A DNA stretch of 64,000 bases from Phyllosticta citribraziliensis (lineage: Eukaryota): assembly GCF_038025025.1 (NCBI RefSeq), contig NW_027117339.1, positions 1,612,001 to 1,676,000 of the forward strand, read 5' to 3'. Position 1 is the first letter of the stretch. Each line of letters starts with the position of its first letter. Position numbers and translations under genes: made by a program. Below, in pieces: positions 49,356 to 62,166 of the stretch. The notes beneath the pieces are model-generated. The model made no database searches. It was not told the DNA's origin and saw nothing but the letters and a program-made list of their open reading frames with translations.

Positions 49356-52300
49356 GAGGGGATAATCGGGTCCCGCGTTGGCCTTTCTCTTGGAAGGAAT
49401 GATATGTGTTCGTGAATTGATACCCAAATACCGCAAGCATTAGAGCGGGCTCGTAGGAAACACGGAAGACGAAAGACGGGGGCGGTCGGTTGTCCGCACG
49501 CGTTGCTATTGGCTTTCGGAGCCTGTCCAATGTATTCCTACTGCTACTGCCACTGCCGCTGATTGTTTCGCCGGCAGGCTTTAGTCGTTGTATGTACGTG
49601 TACACACAATTTTTGCCGCGCTCTGCTGTTACTTGACCGTGTGCCTTGAATCCGCTCTCGCCCGAAAACGCACTGCATTGTTTGAACCGCACCCAGCCCT
49701 CCCTCTGCGGCATTGGGCCACCATGTGCAAAGATTCCCCCTTTCGGAACTCCAGTCGACACCACGGTGCTCCCAGGTCCGGCTGTCATCGTCCCACGTGC
49801 ATGCCATCGCTGCCATCGTTGGCTCTACTCCTCTTCCTCTCCCCCCAACAAAGTCGCCATTTCCTTCCCTATCAAACGCGCCTCGAGCAGACCATCCACC
49901 CGGGTACCGACGCAGCGCAATAAGCTTACTTTCCCTGCCTGCACTTTTGTTCTTTGGCTTATGCTTTTGCCTTGAGCCGCACTGCCTTCCGGCGCACGAC
50001 TCGGCCTTCTTTGCGCGCCGACCAGTGCGCCCACACCTTGAGGTCGAAAGAGCGGCGGAAGAGGGGCGCCGCACCCACGTTTTTGCGAGGCCGCTGATGG
50101 ACGGCGCCGATTGGGCGCCTTCTTGGGAGGTGCGAGTTTTTTTTTTACGAGGGTCTACTAGGTACACGAGAGAAAGATTGACGCAAGGTTGACGCCGCGC
50201 ATTGGTGACGTAGGTCGGCGGCGGTGGCGCTGCGACAGGGGCAGGAATTAGGATTGGGAGGAGAATCATCAGATAATCACCTTCTCGGTTGCTCATCTTT
50301 CTTGCTTTTTGTTCTTTGGGCGTGTGTGTATGGAGTTGCGTCTTGATTGAGTTGGTTGGCGCTTTTGTGCCGTACTTTGGTTATGAATGCGCCTTTGCTG
50401 TCCCTCGGATCATGAAGTAAACGCAATTGTACTTTGGGAATATACAACGCGCCGAAGGTGAGCGACGGTGAGGTGGACGTGAGAAGTCTGATAAGGTAGT
50501 CGATCAGCTCACCGGTTGGCTTTGGAAAGTTGTTCCAAGGCACATGTTTGGGGGGGCCGGTTAGAAGAAGCGCAGAAGCAAGACGCCTTGATACAGTGAC
50601 AAGAAGAAGAGAAGAAATTGTGAAGCATGTGACGGGCAAAATCGCCTAAAGAAACAAAAAAGAAGGAATTTAATCCAGGAAAAGGAATAGAAGCGAAGCA
50701 AAAGAAGGGGGCAAAGAAGGTTGGACCGGCCCGCACGCGATGCATGGCATGATCCGTTCATTCGGGCCCGGTCCGCTTCATGCGCATGGCACTCTTCTCG
50801 ACAAACGGCGCGGCTGCTGTTGCAAGCCAGACAATTTCAAAAGCCCAAGACCAAGACCCCGCATGCTTGCGCTGTCTCGCAATGCGCGGGTGATTTTTGT
50901 GGGTTTGAACGTGGGGTGCGTGGCAGTTGTCTTGGTAGATTGCTGTCCGCTTGTCGAGTTGCCTGTTTTGGCGCGTGCCGCGAGTATAGAACAAAGGGGA
51001 ATATTGCCCATATCCGCAGGCGGGTGGGAAGCGCATGACCCATACCTCGATCGTCATGCTTCTCTTCGTCACAATAGACAGTGTTGTCAGCACCGAGGGC
51101 CTTCATTGGTAGGTTCGTGGGTTGGTGGGTGGAGAAGTGAATGGCTAGTGAGGTGACATTGCGAGCGGGATGGCGACTCAAAAACAGCCCACTTCTTATA
51201 CAGTCCGAACACAAGTGGAATGCAGATCCAAGTTGAACCTGGCACAGTGAGTGTCGACAGGAACGAGACAGACCTCCTGGCCATGTGAGCGCACTTAGGG
51301 AGCATTCGTTCGCTGCCACAGTTTACGACGAGTGCTGGCGACTAATGCAGATGCCTGGATATGTGCTGAGGTGAGGCGGGAGCAGAGCCGAGTCGATGAA
51401 CAGTCACCGTGGGAGAGGATCAAGGCCACCACCTCCAGGCAGAAGATGAAGATCTGAATGGGGGCGGCCTTTTCTCCAATCCTCTGTTTTCGTTTGGCTG
51501 TAGGCATCCATCGGTTTGCGCGTACGCCCACGCCCGCCGTTTATCGTCCGGCTCTAGGGCATCTAAAGTAGTGAATGGATTGATGCTCACCTCCACCAAA
51601 CGAGTAGCAACGGCAACCCCGTGCGACGGCAACGACTAGACGGTAAATATAGGTCAACTAAACCACAAAGCCACAAGCATTCGCATGCCGTTTCCACAGG
51701 CACTGTCAGCGTCTCGCTTCACCTGGGACGCTAATCTGGGTCTTGGACGCCACTTATCATCGGCAGTCAGCATTGCCGTGCTTGCCCTGGAGGTGTACCC
51801 TTTGAGAAGAACATCAACCCTGACTTGCTGACACGGCATGGGCGGTCAACGAAAAGGCCACGGCGGGCGGCCCGCTTACCGCCAGACAGCGGATGCGGTC
51901 GTCGCAGGGACAGGGCTGTCGTTGGTTGCTGTCGAGCCGACGAGCGAGCAACATGGCACGCGCCACGGCCTAGAATGTTTCATGCAGGTGCTGCAGTCGA
52001 TGCTTGCCTGGGCTTTCGACGCCGGTGACGCGTGTGTTGTCCGGTTGCGGGAGTGAGCGTGGCATTCTCAAAGCAAGCGCAGGCCGCAAAGGGCAAGCAA
52101 CGCGAAAGCGAGCGAGGAGCTCGGAATGGGGAGCGCGGACCACACGGTCGTCAAAGGAAATGACAGAGGCCGGCCAGTGCTTGACGTCGGGACGGGAAGA
52201 ATGAAGGATGCTTTTTGGGCGACGGCGGCGGTGGTGCGACCGAGGCTAGGCGATTGGGCGTGGTGACTGGCGGTGGACGAGACGGACGGAGACGGGGACG

Positions 52301-53248
52301 GAGAGAGAAGACGGGCGGGCGGGCGTGGCAGTTGTTGATCGTGTCCACTGTCCAGGTAAGGTACATGTAGCGTATTCGTTCCTCCACTTGAGAGGTCAGG
52401 CCGGGGCGTCAGTCAGCATCGGCCATTCGGAAGTGCCGTCTTCCGATGGTGAATCATCCATCCATCGGTCATGACCTGGGCGGCAGCCATGAGAACATGC
52501 TATTTACACGTATGGACGTACGTACCTACATGTACGGACGTATCCATGCTGGGTGAGGTGCCTGTTGGTTCACACATAAGCATACATGTAGACCGATTAG
52601 GCTCAGAGTGCGAGATTCCGCCCGAGAATCTTGAGCTTAACAGTGTTAAAGTGAGGATGGCGGCTCCGTTGCCAAGGAGGCTTGGTAGGCCGTCAAGTCA
52701 GGCATACCCGGCCTCGGTGCCATCCGAGTTGGCTGCACAATCCTATCTTGGCTTCCTCCATCTTACGCAATCCGCGTCGGTGGGAGAGCAGACCAGCCAG
52801 CCAGGCCAGGACCAAAATCGTCGGTCGCCGCATGCCACAAGCGGTCACCTAACAAAATGAAATGGAGGCTGCATCAAGTCACCGTGCGTGGCCATCCACC
52901 TGCACTCTGCGCCGGACTGCACTACCTACATCGTTTCCCCCCTCATTCCCGGACCAATCGTATTGCCGCCATTGTTGCCTTTCTTCGAGAAAACAGCCGT
53001 CATCCAAGGGAAAAATCCATTGCACGGCCCGGCGTTAGGGCAATCCCCATGCGACGCCTCTCAGCCCCCCCACACACCCATATCTAGCCTGCGCTGTGCC
53101 CGTCTCGTCTCTTCGCCCCAAGACATGGTAATGTGCCTTGGTCAATCCACTGCTGTCGTCCTCCTTTTATCCTCTTCCACCTCCGTCTCCTTCTCCCCCT
53201 CCTCCAACTCCCCCTCCCTCTTCCGACGTAGCAGCACCCAACAAAGGC

Positions 53249-56200
53249 ATGGCCGACCCAGGCCGCGAAAAGCAGGACTGGCAGTTCAATGCCACCGAAG
53301 CTGCCGCTACCGCCACCACCATCCGTCCCGATGAACCTGTCGCAACCACCCCACTCGACAGAGTTGGCACAGAAAAGGAACTGAATCCTGGAAACAATCA
53401 AACCGAGGACCACAAGGACCCCAGCGCAACTCCCCGTTCCGTCTCCGAGGGGAGCACCGATGATGTTGCCGAGACTAAGAGCCAGACGCCAAAGGTTGAT
53501 TCCCAAAAAAGAGAATGGTCCAGAATAATTAATCCCCTCAAGTGGGGCAAGGTGCCAGCCGTGCCAGAAGGAAGGACTGTATCAAGAGAATATGGAGCCA
53601 GTTGGTTCAGCCGACTCACATTCCAGTGGATGTCGCCCCTCATGAGTGTAAGCGCCCTACCCGAGACTGCGTCATCACTCAATCCACCAACGCTGATTTC
53701 CCCTACAGGTCGGATACCAACGTCCGCTTGAGCTAAACGACATTTGGCTCGTGAACCCTGACCGTAGTGCTGAGGCTCTGTCAAAGAAACTTTACGAGTC
53801 ATTTGACAGGCGAGTCGCAGCCGGCGGGAAGCGTCCGCTGCTTGGCGCCTTGTACGACACGTTCAAGCACGACATTTACGTTAGCGGCGCCTCCAACTTT
53901 GTTACGTCAATGATTCAAGTCCTTGCGCCGTTTTCTCTAAGGTACCTGATCAATTTCGCGACAGAGGCCTACATCGCTCAGCGCAGAGGTGTTGATGGAC
54001 CAGATATCGGTTACGGCATGGGGTTGGTCGTTGCCGTCACCGGCATGCAGGTCATCCAAAGCATTCTGCTGAACTACTTCTTTTACAAGAGCATGATGAT
54101 CGGCGGTGAGTCCAGAGCCGTCCTGATTTCCGCCATATTCGACAAAGCGATGCGCTTGTCTGGAAGAGCGAAGGCTGGCGGCAAAGCCCCGGAAAAACCG
54201 CCCCCGGACATCAAACCAGGCACCGAGGAAGAGAGGAAATGGTACGAGGATATGCTCAAGTCGAAGAAGAACAAGAAGGATGCGAAAAAGGCCAAGGCCG
54301 CCGAAGCTGCCGAGGAAGACAACCAAGGCTGGAGCAACGGCCGTATTGTCAACCTCATGAGCACGGACACGTACCGCGTGGACCTAGCATGTATGGACCC
54401 TCTCTCCCATCTTCTACCTTAATATTAGCTTTACTAACAGGATTAAGGCGGTTTTGGGCACATGGTGTGGACTTCGCCAGCAGCCATCATCCTTACGATA
54501 GCCCTTCTTTTGTATAACCTCACCTATTCTGCGCTGGCCGGAATAGGCTTGATTGTCCTCACCTTGCCGTTGCTCGGAAAAGCAATGAAGAGTCTGTTTA
54601 GCCGCCGCGAGTCCATCAACAAGGTCACGGACAAGAGGGTCAGTCTCACCCAGGAAATCTTGCAGGCCGTCAGGTTCGTCAAGTACTTTGGCTGGGAGTC
54701 TTCCTTTCTCAACCGGCTGGCCGTCATCCGCAAACAGGAAGTTGGCATGATTCAGAGTGTCATGACGATTCGAAACGGAATCAACGCCATTGGAATGTCG
54801 ATACCAGTCTTCGCCGCCATGTTGGCCTTCATCACGTACTCCTTGTCTCAGCACGTCCTGACCCCAGCTCCCATCTTTTCGTCTCTGGCCCTCTTCAACT
54901 CGCTTCGTCTGCCGCTCAATTTTCTTCCCCTGGTTCTTGGCCAGCTCGTCGATGCCTTGTCGTCCGTCAAACGCATCGAAGAATTCCTCCTCGCCGAGGA
55001 AGCCGACGAAAAGGTCCAGTGGGACAATCAGCTCCCAGAGGCGCTCATCGTCAAGGACGCAAACTTCACGTGGGAATATTCTCCATCCGGGAATACCAAG
55101 GACGTTACGAGACTGGATCCCAAAAAGGCCAAAAAGGAGCAGAAGCAGGCCGAGAAACGCGCAGCCAAAGAAGGCATCAGCCTGGGCGAGTTCAACGGGC
55201 CACCGCCAAAGGACGAGAAACCACCATTCCAGCTCCACGATATTAACCTCGCGATCCAGCGCCACGAACTCATTGCCGTAATTGGAACCGTCGGGTCAGG
55301 AAAGAGTTCGTTGCTGGGAGCGCTGGCTGGCGATATGCGCAGGACCTCTGGAGAAGTCATCCTGGGTGCCGGACGCGCCTTTTGCCCTCAGTATGCCTGG
55401 ATCCAGAATGCCACGGTCAAAGAAAACATCATTTTCGGAAAGCCCTTGCGGCAAGAGTGGTACGATGCCGTGGTCGATGCTTGCGCCCTGCGCGCAGATT
55501 TCGACATGCTTCCCAATGGCGACCAGACGGAGATCGGCGAACGCGGTATCACCGTCTCCGGGGGACAAAAGCAGCGCTTGAACATTGCGAGAGCCATATA
55601 CTTTGAGACCGACGTGATCCTCATGGACGACCCACTCTCGGCGGTCGATGCGCACGTCGGCCGACATATTATGAGTGAAGCAATTTGTGGTAGGGATTCC
55701 TCTTTCATATGTCTGAGTAAAAGGCTTATTTGTAACAAGGTTTGATGCGTGACAAGTGCCGCATCCTGGCGACGCACCAGCTCCACGTCCTGAACCGTTG
55801 CGACAGGATAGTGCTCATGGACAGCGGTAGGATTACAGCGATCGACACTTATGACAATCTCAAGGAAAACAACGAGGACTTCAAGAAGCTCTTGGCATCA
55901 ACTTCCCAAGAAGGAAAGAAGGAAGAGGAAGAGGAAGAAGAAGAGATTGAAGAGGAGAAGAAGGATGTGCAAAAGAAGGTGTCAAAGAAGCCAGCGGCGG
56001 GTCTCATGCAGGCAGAGGAGCGGGCTGTCAAGAGCGTCTCCTGGGGCGTCTATGCGGCCTACTTCAAGGCTGGAGGCTCCATTTTGATGGGTCCGTTGGT
56101 CGTGTTTTTGCTCATCTTGTCCCAAGGTGCCAACATCGCGACCAGTTTGTGGCTTTCGTGGTGGACCTCTGACAATTTCGGCCTGAGTGAGGGAGTATAT

Positions 56201-58023
56201 GTAAGTTCACCTGTCCAAGACGTCCACCACTTTCTAATACTTCGCAGATTGGCATTTACGCAGGCCTGGGCGCCGCACAAGCTTTGCTCATGTTTGCCTT
56301 CTCTGTCGTCCTGTCGTATGGCGGTACAGAGGCCTCCAAAGTCATGCTGCATCGGGCGATGGAAAGAGTCCTTCGTGCACCCATGTCTTTCTTCGACACG
56401 ACTCCCCTTGGTCGCATCACCAACCGATTTTCCAAGGACATTGACGTTATGGACAACTCACTCACAGATTCGATGCGCATGTTCCTCTTGACCCTCGCCA
56501 TGATCAGCAGTATTTTCGCTCTCATCATCGCCTACTTCCACTACTTCGGAATCGCGCTGGCTCCGCTGCTGGTCTTGTTTTGGTTCTCGGCTGGCTACTA
56601 CCGCGCGTCAGCTCGCGAGGTCAAGCGCTACGAGGCGGTGTTGCGCAGTACCGTCTTCTCGCGATTCAGCGAAGCTGTCAACGGCGTTGCCTCCATCCGC
56701 GCATACGGTCTGCAGGCTCAGTTTTCCAAATCGATCCGAGATGCCATAGACGACATGGACAGCGCTTATTTCTTAACCTTTTCGAACCAGCGGTGGCTCT
56801 CGATTCGCCTGGACGCGATTGGCTGCGTTCTCGTTTTTATCACCGGCCTTTTGGTCGTGACTTCCCGGTTCAACGTTTCCCCTTCCATTGCTGGTCTCGT
56901 CCTCTCGTACATCCTCTCCATCGTCCAAATGTTCCAGTTTTCAGTTCGCCAGCTGGCCGAAGTCGAAAACAACATGAACGCTACTGAGCGCGTCCACTAC
57001 TACGGCAGCGCGCTGGAGCAGGAAGCGCCGCAGAAGCTTGCTCCTGTCCGCGAGTCCTGGCCTGAGTCGGGAGAAATCAACTTCGACAATGTCCAGATGC
57101 GGTATCGTGACGGGCTTCCTCTCGTGCTTCGTGGACTTTCCATGCATGTCCGCCCAGGCGAGCGCATCGGCATTGTTGGAAGGACGGGTGCCGGAAAATC
57201 GACCATCATGTCGACGCTCTTCCGGCTTGTCGAACTCTCCGGGGGCAAGATTACCATCGACGGTGTCGACATCGCCACGATCGGTCTCGCTGACCTTCGT
57301 TCCCGTCTCGCCATCATTCCTCAAGATCCCACACTCTTCCGCGGCACGATCCGCTCCAACCTCGACCCCTTCAACGAGCATTCGGACTTGGAGCTGTGGA
57401 ATGCGCTGCGCCAAGCCGATCTCGTCGGGCAAGAGGCGTCCATTGAGGACCGCAGCCAGCGCATGCATCTCGACTCCCCCGTCGACGAAGAGGGACTCAA
57501 CTTCTCGCTCGGGCAACGGCAACTCATGGCGCTGGCGCGAGCGCTGGTTCGCGGAGCGCGCATCATCGTCTGCGACGAAGCCACGTCGAGCGTCGACATG
57601 GAGACGGATGCCAAGATCCAGCGGACCATGGCCATGGGATTCCAAGGGCGCACGCTGCTGTGCATCGCGCACAGGCTGCGTACCATCATCGGCTACGACC
57701 GCATCTGTGTTATGGACAAAGGATGCATCGCGGAGCTTGGCACGCCCGTCGAGCTGTGGGATGTCGAGGGCGGCATCTTTAGGAGCATGTGCGATCGCAG
57801 CGGCATCTCGCGCGAGGACGTCATGGAAGCGGCGATGGACGGCGGCATGAGCTTGTTGGAGAGAGAACTCACGCGCGAGAGGACAAAGCAGAGCATGAAG
57901 AGCCTGCGCGAGGACGAAAAAGAAGACGGTATCGAAGCTGAAGCCCCGCCTGTTCCCACGACGGAGCGAGAGCCGAAGCAAAAGGGACGAGCGGACGAAG
58001 GCGACGACGAGAAGCGCGACTGA
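53249..58023 (+). CDS. YOR1: ABCC/MRP-type ABC transporter, Yor1-like (no TMD0), 5 exons
   Basis: NBD1: GTVGSGKS, VSGGQKQR, ILMDD. NBD2: GRTGAGKS, FSLGQRQ, IVCDE. Also FFDTTPLGRITNRFSKD. Introns 53648-53708, 54391-54447, 55690-55739, 56201-56247. Confidence 0.93.
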
Positions 58024-58608
58024 GCGGCCTTTTCACGACGAATCCGTTTTGCCAGAGTCGTGGACGGCCGTCTGAGATGGAGCGGGGTGAAGAATTCAAC
58101 GAGCTGAGGTTGAGCGAGCAGCAGCGGTCTAAAGCTTATTCTCAACCCCCCCAACGACATGGCACCGTCATACGCTACGTTGATGACACCAGCACCCTTG
58201 CAACGAGCGCAATGGAGAGTAATCGACAAATAGCACCCATGCGCGTCAGCGAACGCACGCAACCTGTATGGCACATTCGCTCAGCTCACTCTCAGCTTTG
58301 GCGTTTGCATGCGACCGGGGATGACTTCCAACCGCTGGACCGTCAGACAGTGTGCACATCTCCGCTTGGGTTGTTTTCCGACTACCTGCCTACCGTACAC
58401 TGCACTCCACACTCGGCGCGGCGCGGAAATACGGCACACTACTGGGCTGACAGGCGGCCGCGGCTACGAAGAGGCGCTGCAGCCATACCGTAGGTCGGTA
58501 CGGTAGTCGCTCAATCGCGTCGCTTCACCCAAGTCCCGCACCGGCGCTGCTGGTGTCTTCTGGTGGCTTCTTTTCTGCCAGGGTCGTGCTACTCGTCACC
58601 GAGCAACC

Positions 58609-58840
58609 AAGGCTCGGTCACAAAAGTCGTGGCACACGCAATTAGAGCAGCGAATCGGTCTCGTCTACGAGGGAATATTCATTTACTCTATGTATTTAAT
58701 GACTGACAGGGAGCATTCATGCGCTGTGACGGTAACTAATAGGGAGCATTCTTACGCTGTGACTGCGACTGACGGGGAGCATTCAAGCATCGAGTAGTGA
58801 TTGGGGGTTGTGTGTGCCACGACTTTTGCTACCAAGCCTT
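58609..58840. mobile_element. MITE-like 232-bp element with 33-bp terminal inverted repeats and an internal 33-bp tandem array
   Basis: AAGGCTCGGTCACAAAAGTCGTGGCACACGCAA (58609-58641) matches the reverse complement of 58808-58840 at 29 of 33 positions. About 2.6 internal copies of GACTGACAGGGAGCATTC.. from 58701. No ORF and no clear target-site duplication. Confidence 0.7.
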
Positions 58841-58908
58841 CGAACGAACCTGGATGTAGCCAGCCACGTTTAGCGCGAGCAACTAACGGAGCTGCCGATA
58901 GGCGGCGA

Positions 58909-58909
58909 C

Positions 58910-58940
<31 letters not shown>
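58909..58940. repeat. (GGCT)n microsatellite
   Basis: About 8 copies of GGCT. Confidence 0.9.
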
Positions 58941-59116
58941 GGGCAGGCGATAGTTTTCCAGCCTGGGACCAACTACCGATCAGACAGACAGCACAAACGG
59001 ACGGACGCACGAACGAACGCACTAATCACTTTGGTTCGTTCCATGCTTTCATTCTCCAAAGTAATCATCCATTTCTTTTTGCCACGCATTGCGACACGGA
59101 CGGGCTTGGATGCTAC

Positions 59117-59973
59117 TTAGAAGTCTTTTCCCTTCTTCGCCCGCACTAGTAAACAATCTTCCAAGATCATGGGCTCACAAGACCGAGGAGGCTCAGCCTT
59201 GTCTGGGTTCTCAAAAAGCGTGGCGTGGACCTTCTCGAATCTGACAGGTTGAGGATAGAGAAGGTCGGCCTCTGGAGTCAACGATAGGCCAGGAAGGTCG
59301 ACCAAATCCAAAGTCGTGGTTTCCACTGCACTTTGAGGAGCCGGGGGCGACTTTTCCGACTCGGCAACGTAGTCTCTGGAGATTTCCCCAGCTTCTGTGA
59401 AGGCTGTTTGGGTACGCCTTTTGGCTTTGTTGGCGACAGGAGTGTCTGCGAATTGCAATGTATTAGTGACTTGCCTCAGTCAGACTTGAATGGGAACATG
59501 CCAGAGTTACTGTCTCCATCCTGGTCCTCCTGGTTTCCTCCGCTGTCATTTCCAGACTTCTCTGATGATTCTGAACCGGAATACTCTGAACCGGACGGCT
59601 CTGAATCAGAGGACTCTGAGCTGGACGGTGGCGAGTCACCTTGGGCGACTGGGGCAGGAGCGCCTGCAGCAAGCTGTTAGCAACGAAGGCGAATCACATT
59701 CTGGGGGCTAGAAGCGACGACAGCTACGGGCTGTAAGAAGACTCGCTTGTAGTCACGGTTCCACCTGGTGGTGGTCCTCTAACAGTGTGGGGCCGGGCGC
59801 AACTTACGAGATGGAGTAACCCTGGAGCGGGCTGTAGAGGTCCTTGAGCGGGTTGAAGGGGCCCTCGAGCGGGTTGGAGAGGCCCTCGAACGAGTCGAGG
59901 AGGCTCTGGATCCGGTCGCAGAGCCAGAACGTGTCGAACGTCCACTACCGCGCCCACGCCCACGGCCGCGACC
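59117..59973 (-). pseudogene. Three-exon RG/RS-rich orphan gene model lacking an in-frame ATG
   Basis: GRGRGRGRGSGRSTRSG..VTPS|RAPAPVAQGDSPP..DSNS|DTPVANKAKRRTQ..KGKDF*, joined in frame by introns 59807-59664 (GTAAGT..GCTAAC..CAG) and 59501-59446 (GCATGT..CTAAT..CAG). An in-frame TAG lies directly before GRG. TATA-like sequence at about 60048-60056. Confidence 0.5.
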
Positions 59974-60575
59974 CTAAGGCGAGAGGCTTCAAGTGATGCT
60001 GAATGCCTTATAGACGAAGAGCGACAGGTGATAGTATACCAAAAAAGTTTATATATGGAGGGTCATATCGAGCTGTAAATAGGTGAATTAGGGGTGGGTT
60101 AGGCGTGGGAAAGCTGCCAAAACCTGCCAAAACCTGCCTTTAAGTAGTCAGCGCAACTCAGCAACGCAATTCAATCAATTGGAGGGATGTAATTGATTGA
60201 TTGCCCAAACTAGCAGGTGCCCAATTGATTGAATTGCGTTGCGTTGAGCAAATCGATTGCGCAACTGGTTGAGTTGTCGATCACACTGAAGAGCGATGTT
60301 GAAACCAGAGGCGGCAAGAAAGAGAAAGGGCAGGGGAAGAGACCTGGAGCTGAGGTCTGGGTATGGGTGGATGATTGTGATAGAGCAAGAAAGCTCGAGG
60401 ACAGCAGGACTTGGGACTTGTTTGTGGGAAAACGACACGCCAAAGCCGACGCCCACGCGGCGTGGAGCAATCCAGGAAGCAGCGTGCCGGCACAACAACC
60501 ACCTTGACGCCCGCAGCCATAATCCACCCATCCACCCTAACCTCTACCTCCCATCACCTTACGAACAACGCCACC

Positions 60576-61360
60576 ATGGATCCGCCGGAGGAAGCCGCTT
60601 CTGAGTCCCCTCCTCCAAGGGACGGTACAAATTTGGGGGAGCTATTCAGGTGGGAAGAACAACAGGTCAGTGCAAGACAGAGCAACCTCAGAGAAAGATA
60701 GTTAACCGCACTCTAGATCGAAGATGCGGTCTTGGCCAAGGAGTTTGGTAGGGCGCTGGACCTGGCCAACAGAGCCCTATTGGAGCCCCGACTCGGTCTG
60801 CTCTTCAGGTTTCGGTTCGAGGTCGTCGCCGCGTCACTCGACGGCAAAAATCCATGGCCGCACGCTGAGGAGGCTCGCAAGGCGCTGCAATATATTGAGG
60901 AAGGCATCGAGGATGTAAGAAATCCCCTCTGCTTACTTGCTAAGTAAACACTAATCGACCTACCTAGAATCCGAATGAAGACGAAGCCCACCAAAAGGAA
61001 AGCCTCGAAGAGGTGAAGGAGCTTCATGAAATGCTCGAAGGACTCTACGATACTCTCCATGAGTGGGAGAGGAAAAACGCTGCGGCACAACCTACCACAG
61101 CGCAGTCTGACAGCCCGGTGGAAGCAGAGGGAGCGGCCGAGGCCATGCCACCAGCTGCAGCCGTCCACGAAGAGCAAGCCGACGACAGGATGATCATTGC
61201 AAGCAGCAATGCCGAGGCAAACAAGCGAGGCAGAGAATCGGACAGCGATGCAGAGCACCATGTGGTCAAGAAGGGAAAGTTCGAGGAGGAAGACACTCCG
61301 TCACCTGAGCGTCCCGTGGCGATGTCGGAAACTTCCACCATGCCCGGACCGCGACCCTGA
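60576..61360 (+). CDS. Hypothetical acidic protein, 3 exons (possibly truncated by a premature TGA)
   Basis: CGCCACCATG start. Introns 60666-60716 and 60915-60967 join MDPPEE..WEEQQ|IEDAVLAKEFGRALDLANRALL..IED|NPNEDE..PGPRP* in frame. Confidence 0.7.
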
Positions 61361-61491
61361 CAAGCCCGTCCCCATGACATGGCCTGTCGCGAAGACGGGA
61401 AGCTCGAGCTGTCAAAGGCCCTCGAAACTCACAATCAGAGTAGTAGCCCTCCTGTGGTAAAGACTAAAGATGAAATGGATACCAACATCGG

Positions 61492-62166
61492 ATGGCGCCC
61501 TACCATAAACGTGACATCACGCCCACGGAGAGTGATGGCGGTGGCAGCCACCTTCTCGCCGCAATCCATCAAGACTGCGTCTCCGATACGGACATCAACG
61601 ACCCCCAGCTGCTTGGGATGCGCATGCGTCAGGGCACGCCTGCGGACAGTGAGTATAGTGACAGCGTCCTTCGCACTGCAATCCATCAAGACCGTATCTC
61701 CAGGCTGAGGAGCGATCCTGCCATTCCTAGCCACGACAAGGTTCTTCAGTGGAACGCCCGCGCGCAGCTTACTATGCCCTTAGATACTCCAGAGCCTGTT
61801 CGCTACACGTCTCATGACTTCTCTCCCGCTCCAAAGCTGAATTTCAACGAGGCGGGCCAGGGAAGACTTTCTATCCCAGCCCAATGGCATGCCAACCGCG
61901 CAGGCACACCCGTCTCAATGTCCACAGCAAGCAGCGACTCTGAGGGAAAAGATCAGGACATGGAGGGCGCTCACGAGATGAAGCTTATTGGAGGCAGGGG
62001 TGGTGATATCCCGGGCATGCCCAGGTCGCCCAGGTCGCCCATCAAGCGCAGGCCGACGCCCCTCTCGCATGTTGAACAATTTGTCCAGTCTGATGAAGCA
62101 GGCGAGGGAGAGGAGGGAGAGGAGGGAGATGACGAGCAGTCTGATGAGTCTGGCGACGCCAAGTGA
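61492..62166 (+). CDS. Hypothetical 224-aa ORF with acidic tail; may be the detached 3' part of the upstream gene
   Basis: Open frame with protein-like composition and an internal AIHQD repeat. Starts only 131 nt after the upstream stop. Confidence 0.4.
   Translation: MAPYHKRDITPTESDGGGSHLLAAIHQDCVSDTDINDPQLLGMRMRQGTPADSEYSDSVLRTAIHQDRISRLRSDPAIPSHDKVLQWNARAQLTMPLDTPEPVRYTSHDFSPAPKLNFNEAGQGRLSIPAQWHANRAGTPVSMSTASSDSEGKDQDMEGAHEMKLIGGRGGDIPGMPRSPRSPIKRRPTPLSHVEQFVQSDEAGEGEEGEEGDDEQSDESGDAK

Noticed and set aside
49544..52860. ORFs between OAT and the ABC transporter, including 49544..50296
   Set aside because: No protein-like features or consistent splice model. The region fits 3' UTR plus a long promoter.
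1138..57981. Long antisense or alternate-frame ORFs over real genes (for example 1138..1866, 15489..16214, 28846..29727, 42354..43205, 54414..55265, 56941..57981)
   Set aside because: These are shadow ORFs expected from GC-rich codon usage, with no independent gene signals.
42465..58023. Zn2Cys6 factor + aminotransferase + ABC transporter as a secondary-metabolite cluster
   Set aside because: There is no backbone enzyme (PKS, NRPS, terpene synthase), and the aminotransferase looks like the housekeeping OAT.
58701..58787. Internal repeats as a CRISPR array
   Set aside because: The context is eukaryotic, the units are contiguous degenerate tandem copies without unique spacers, and there are no cas genes.
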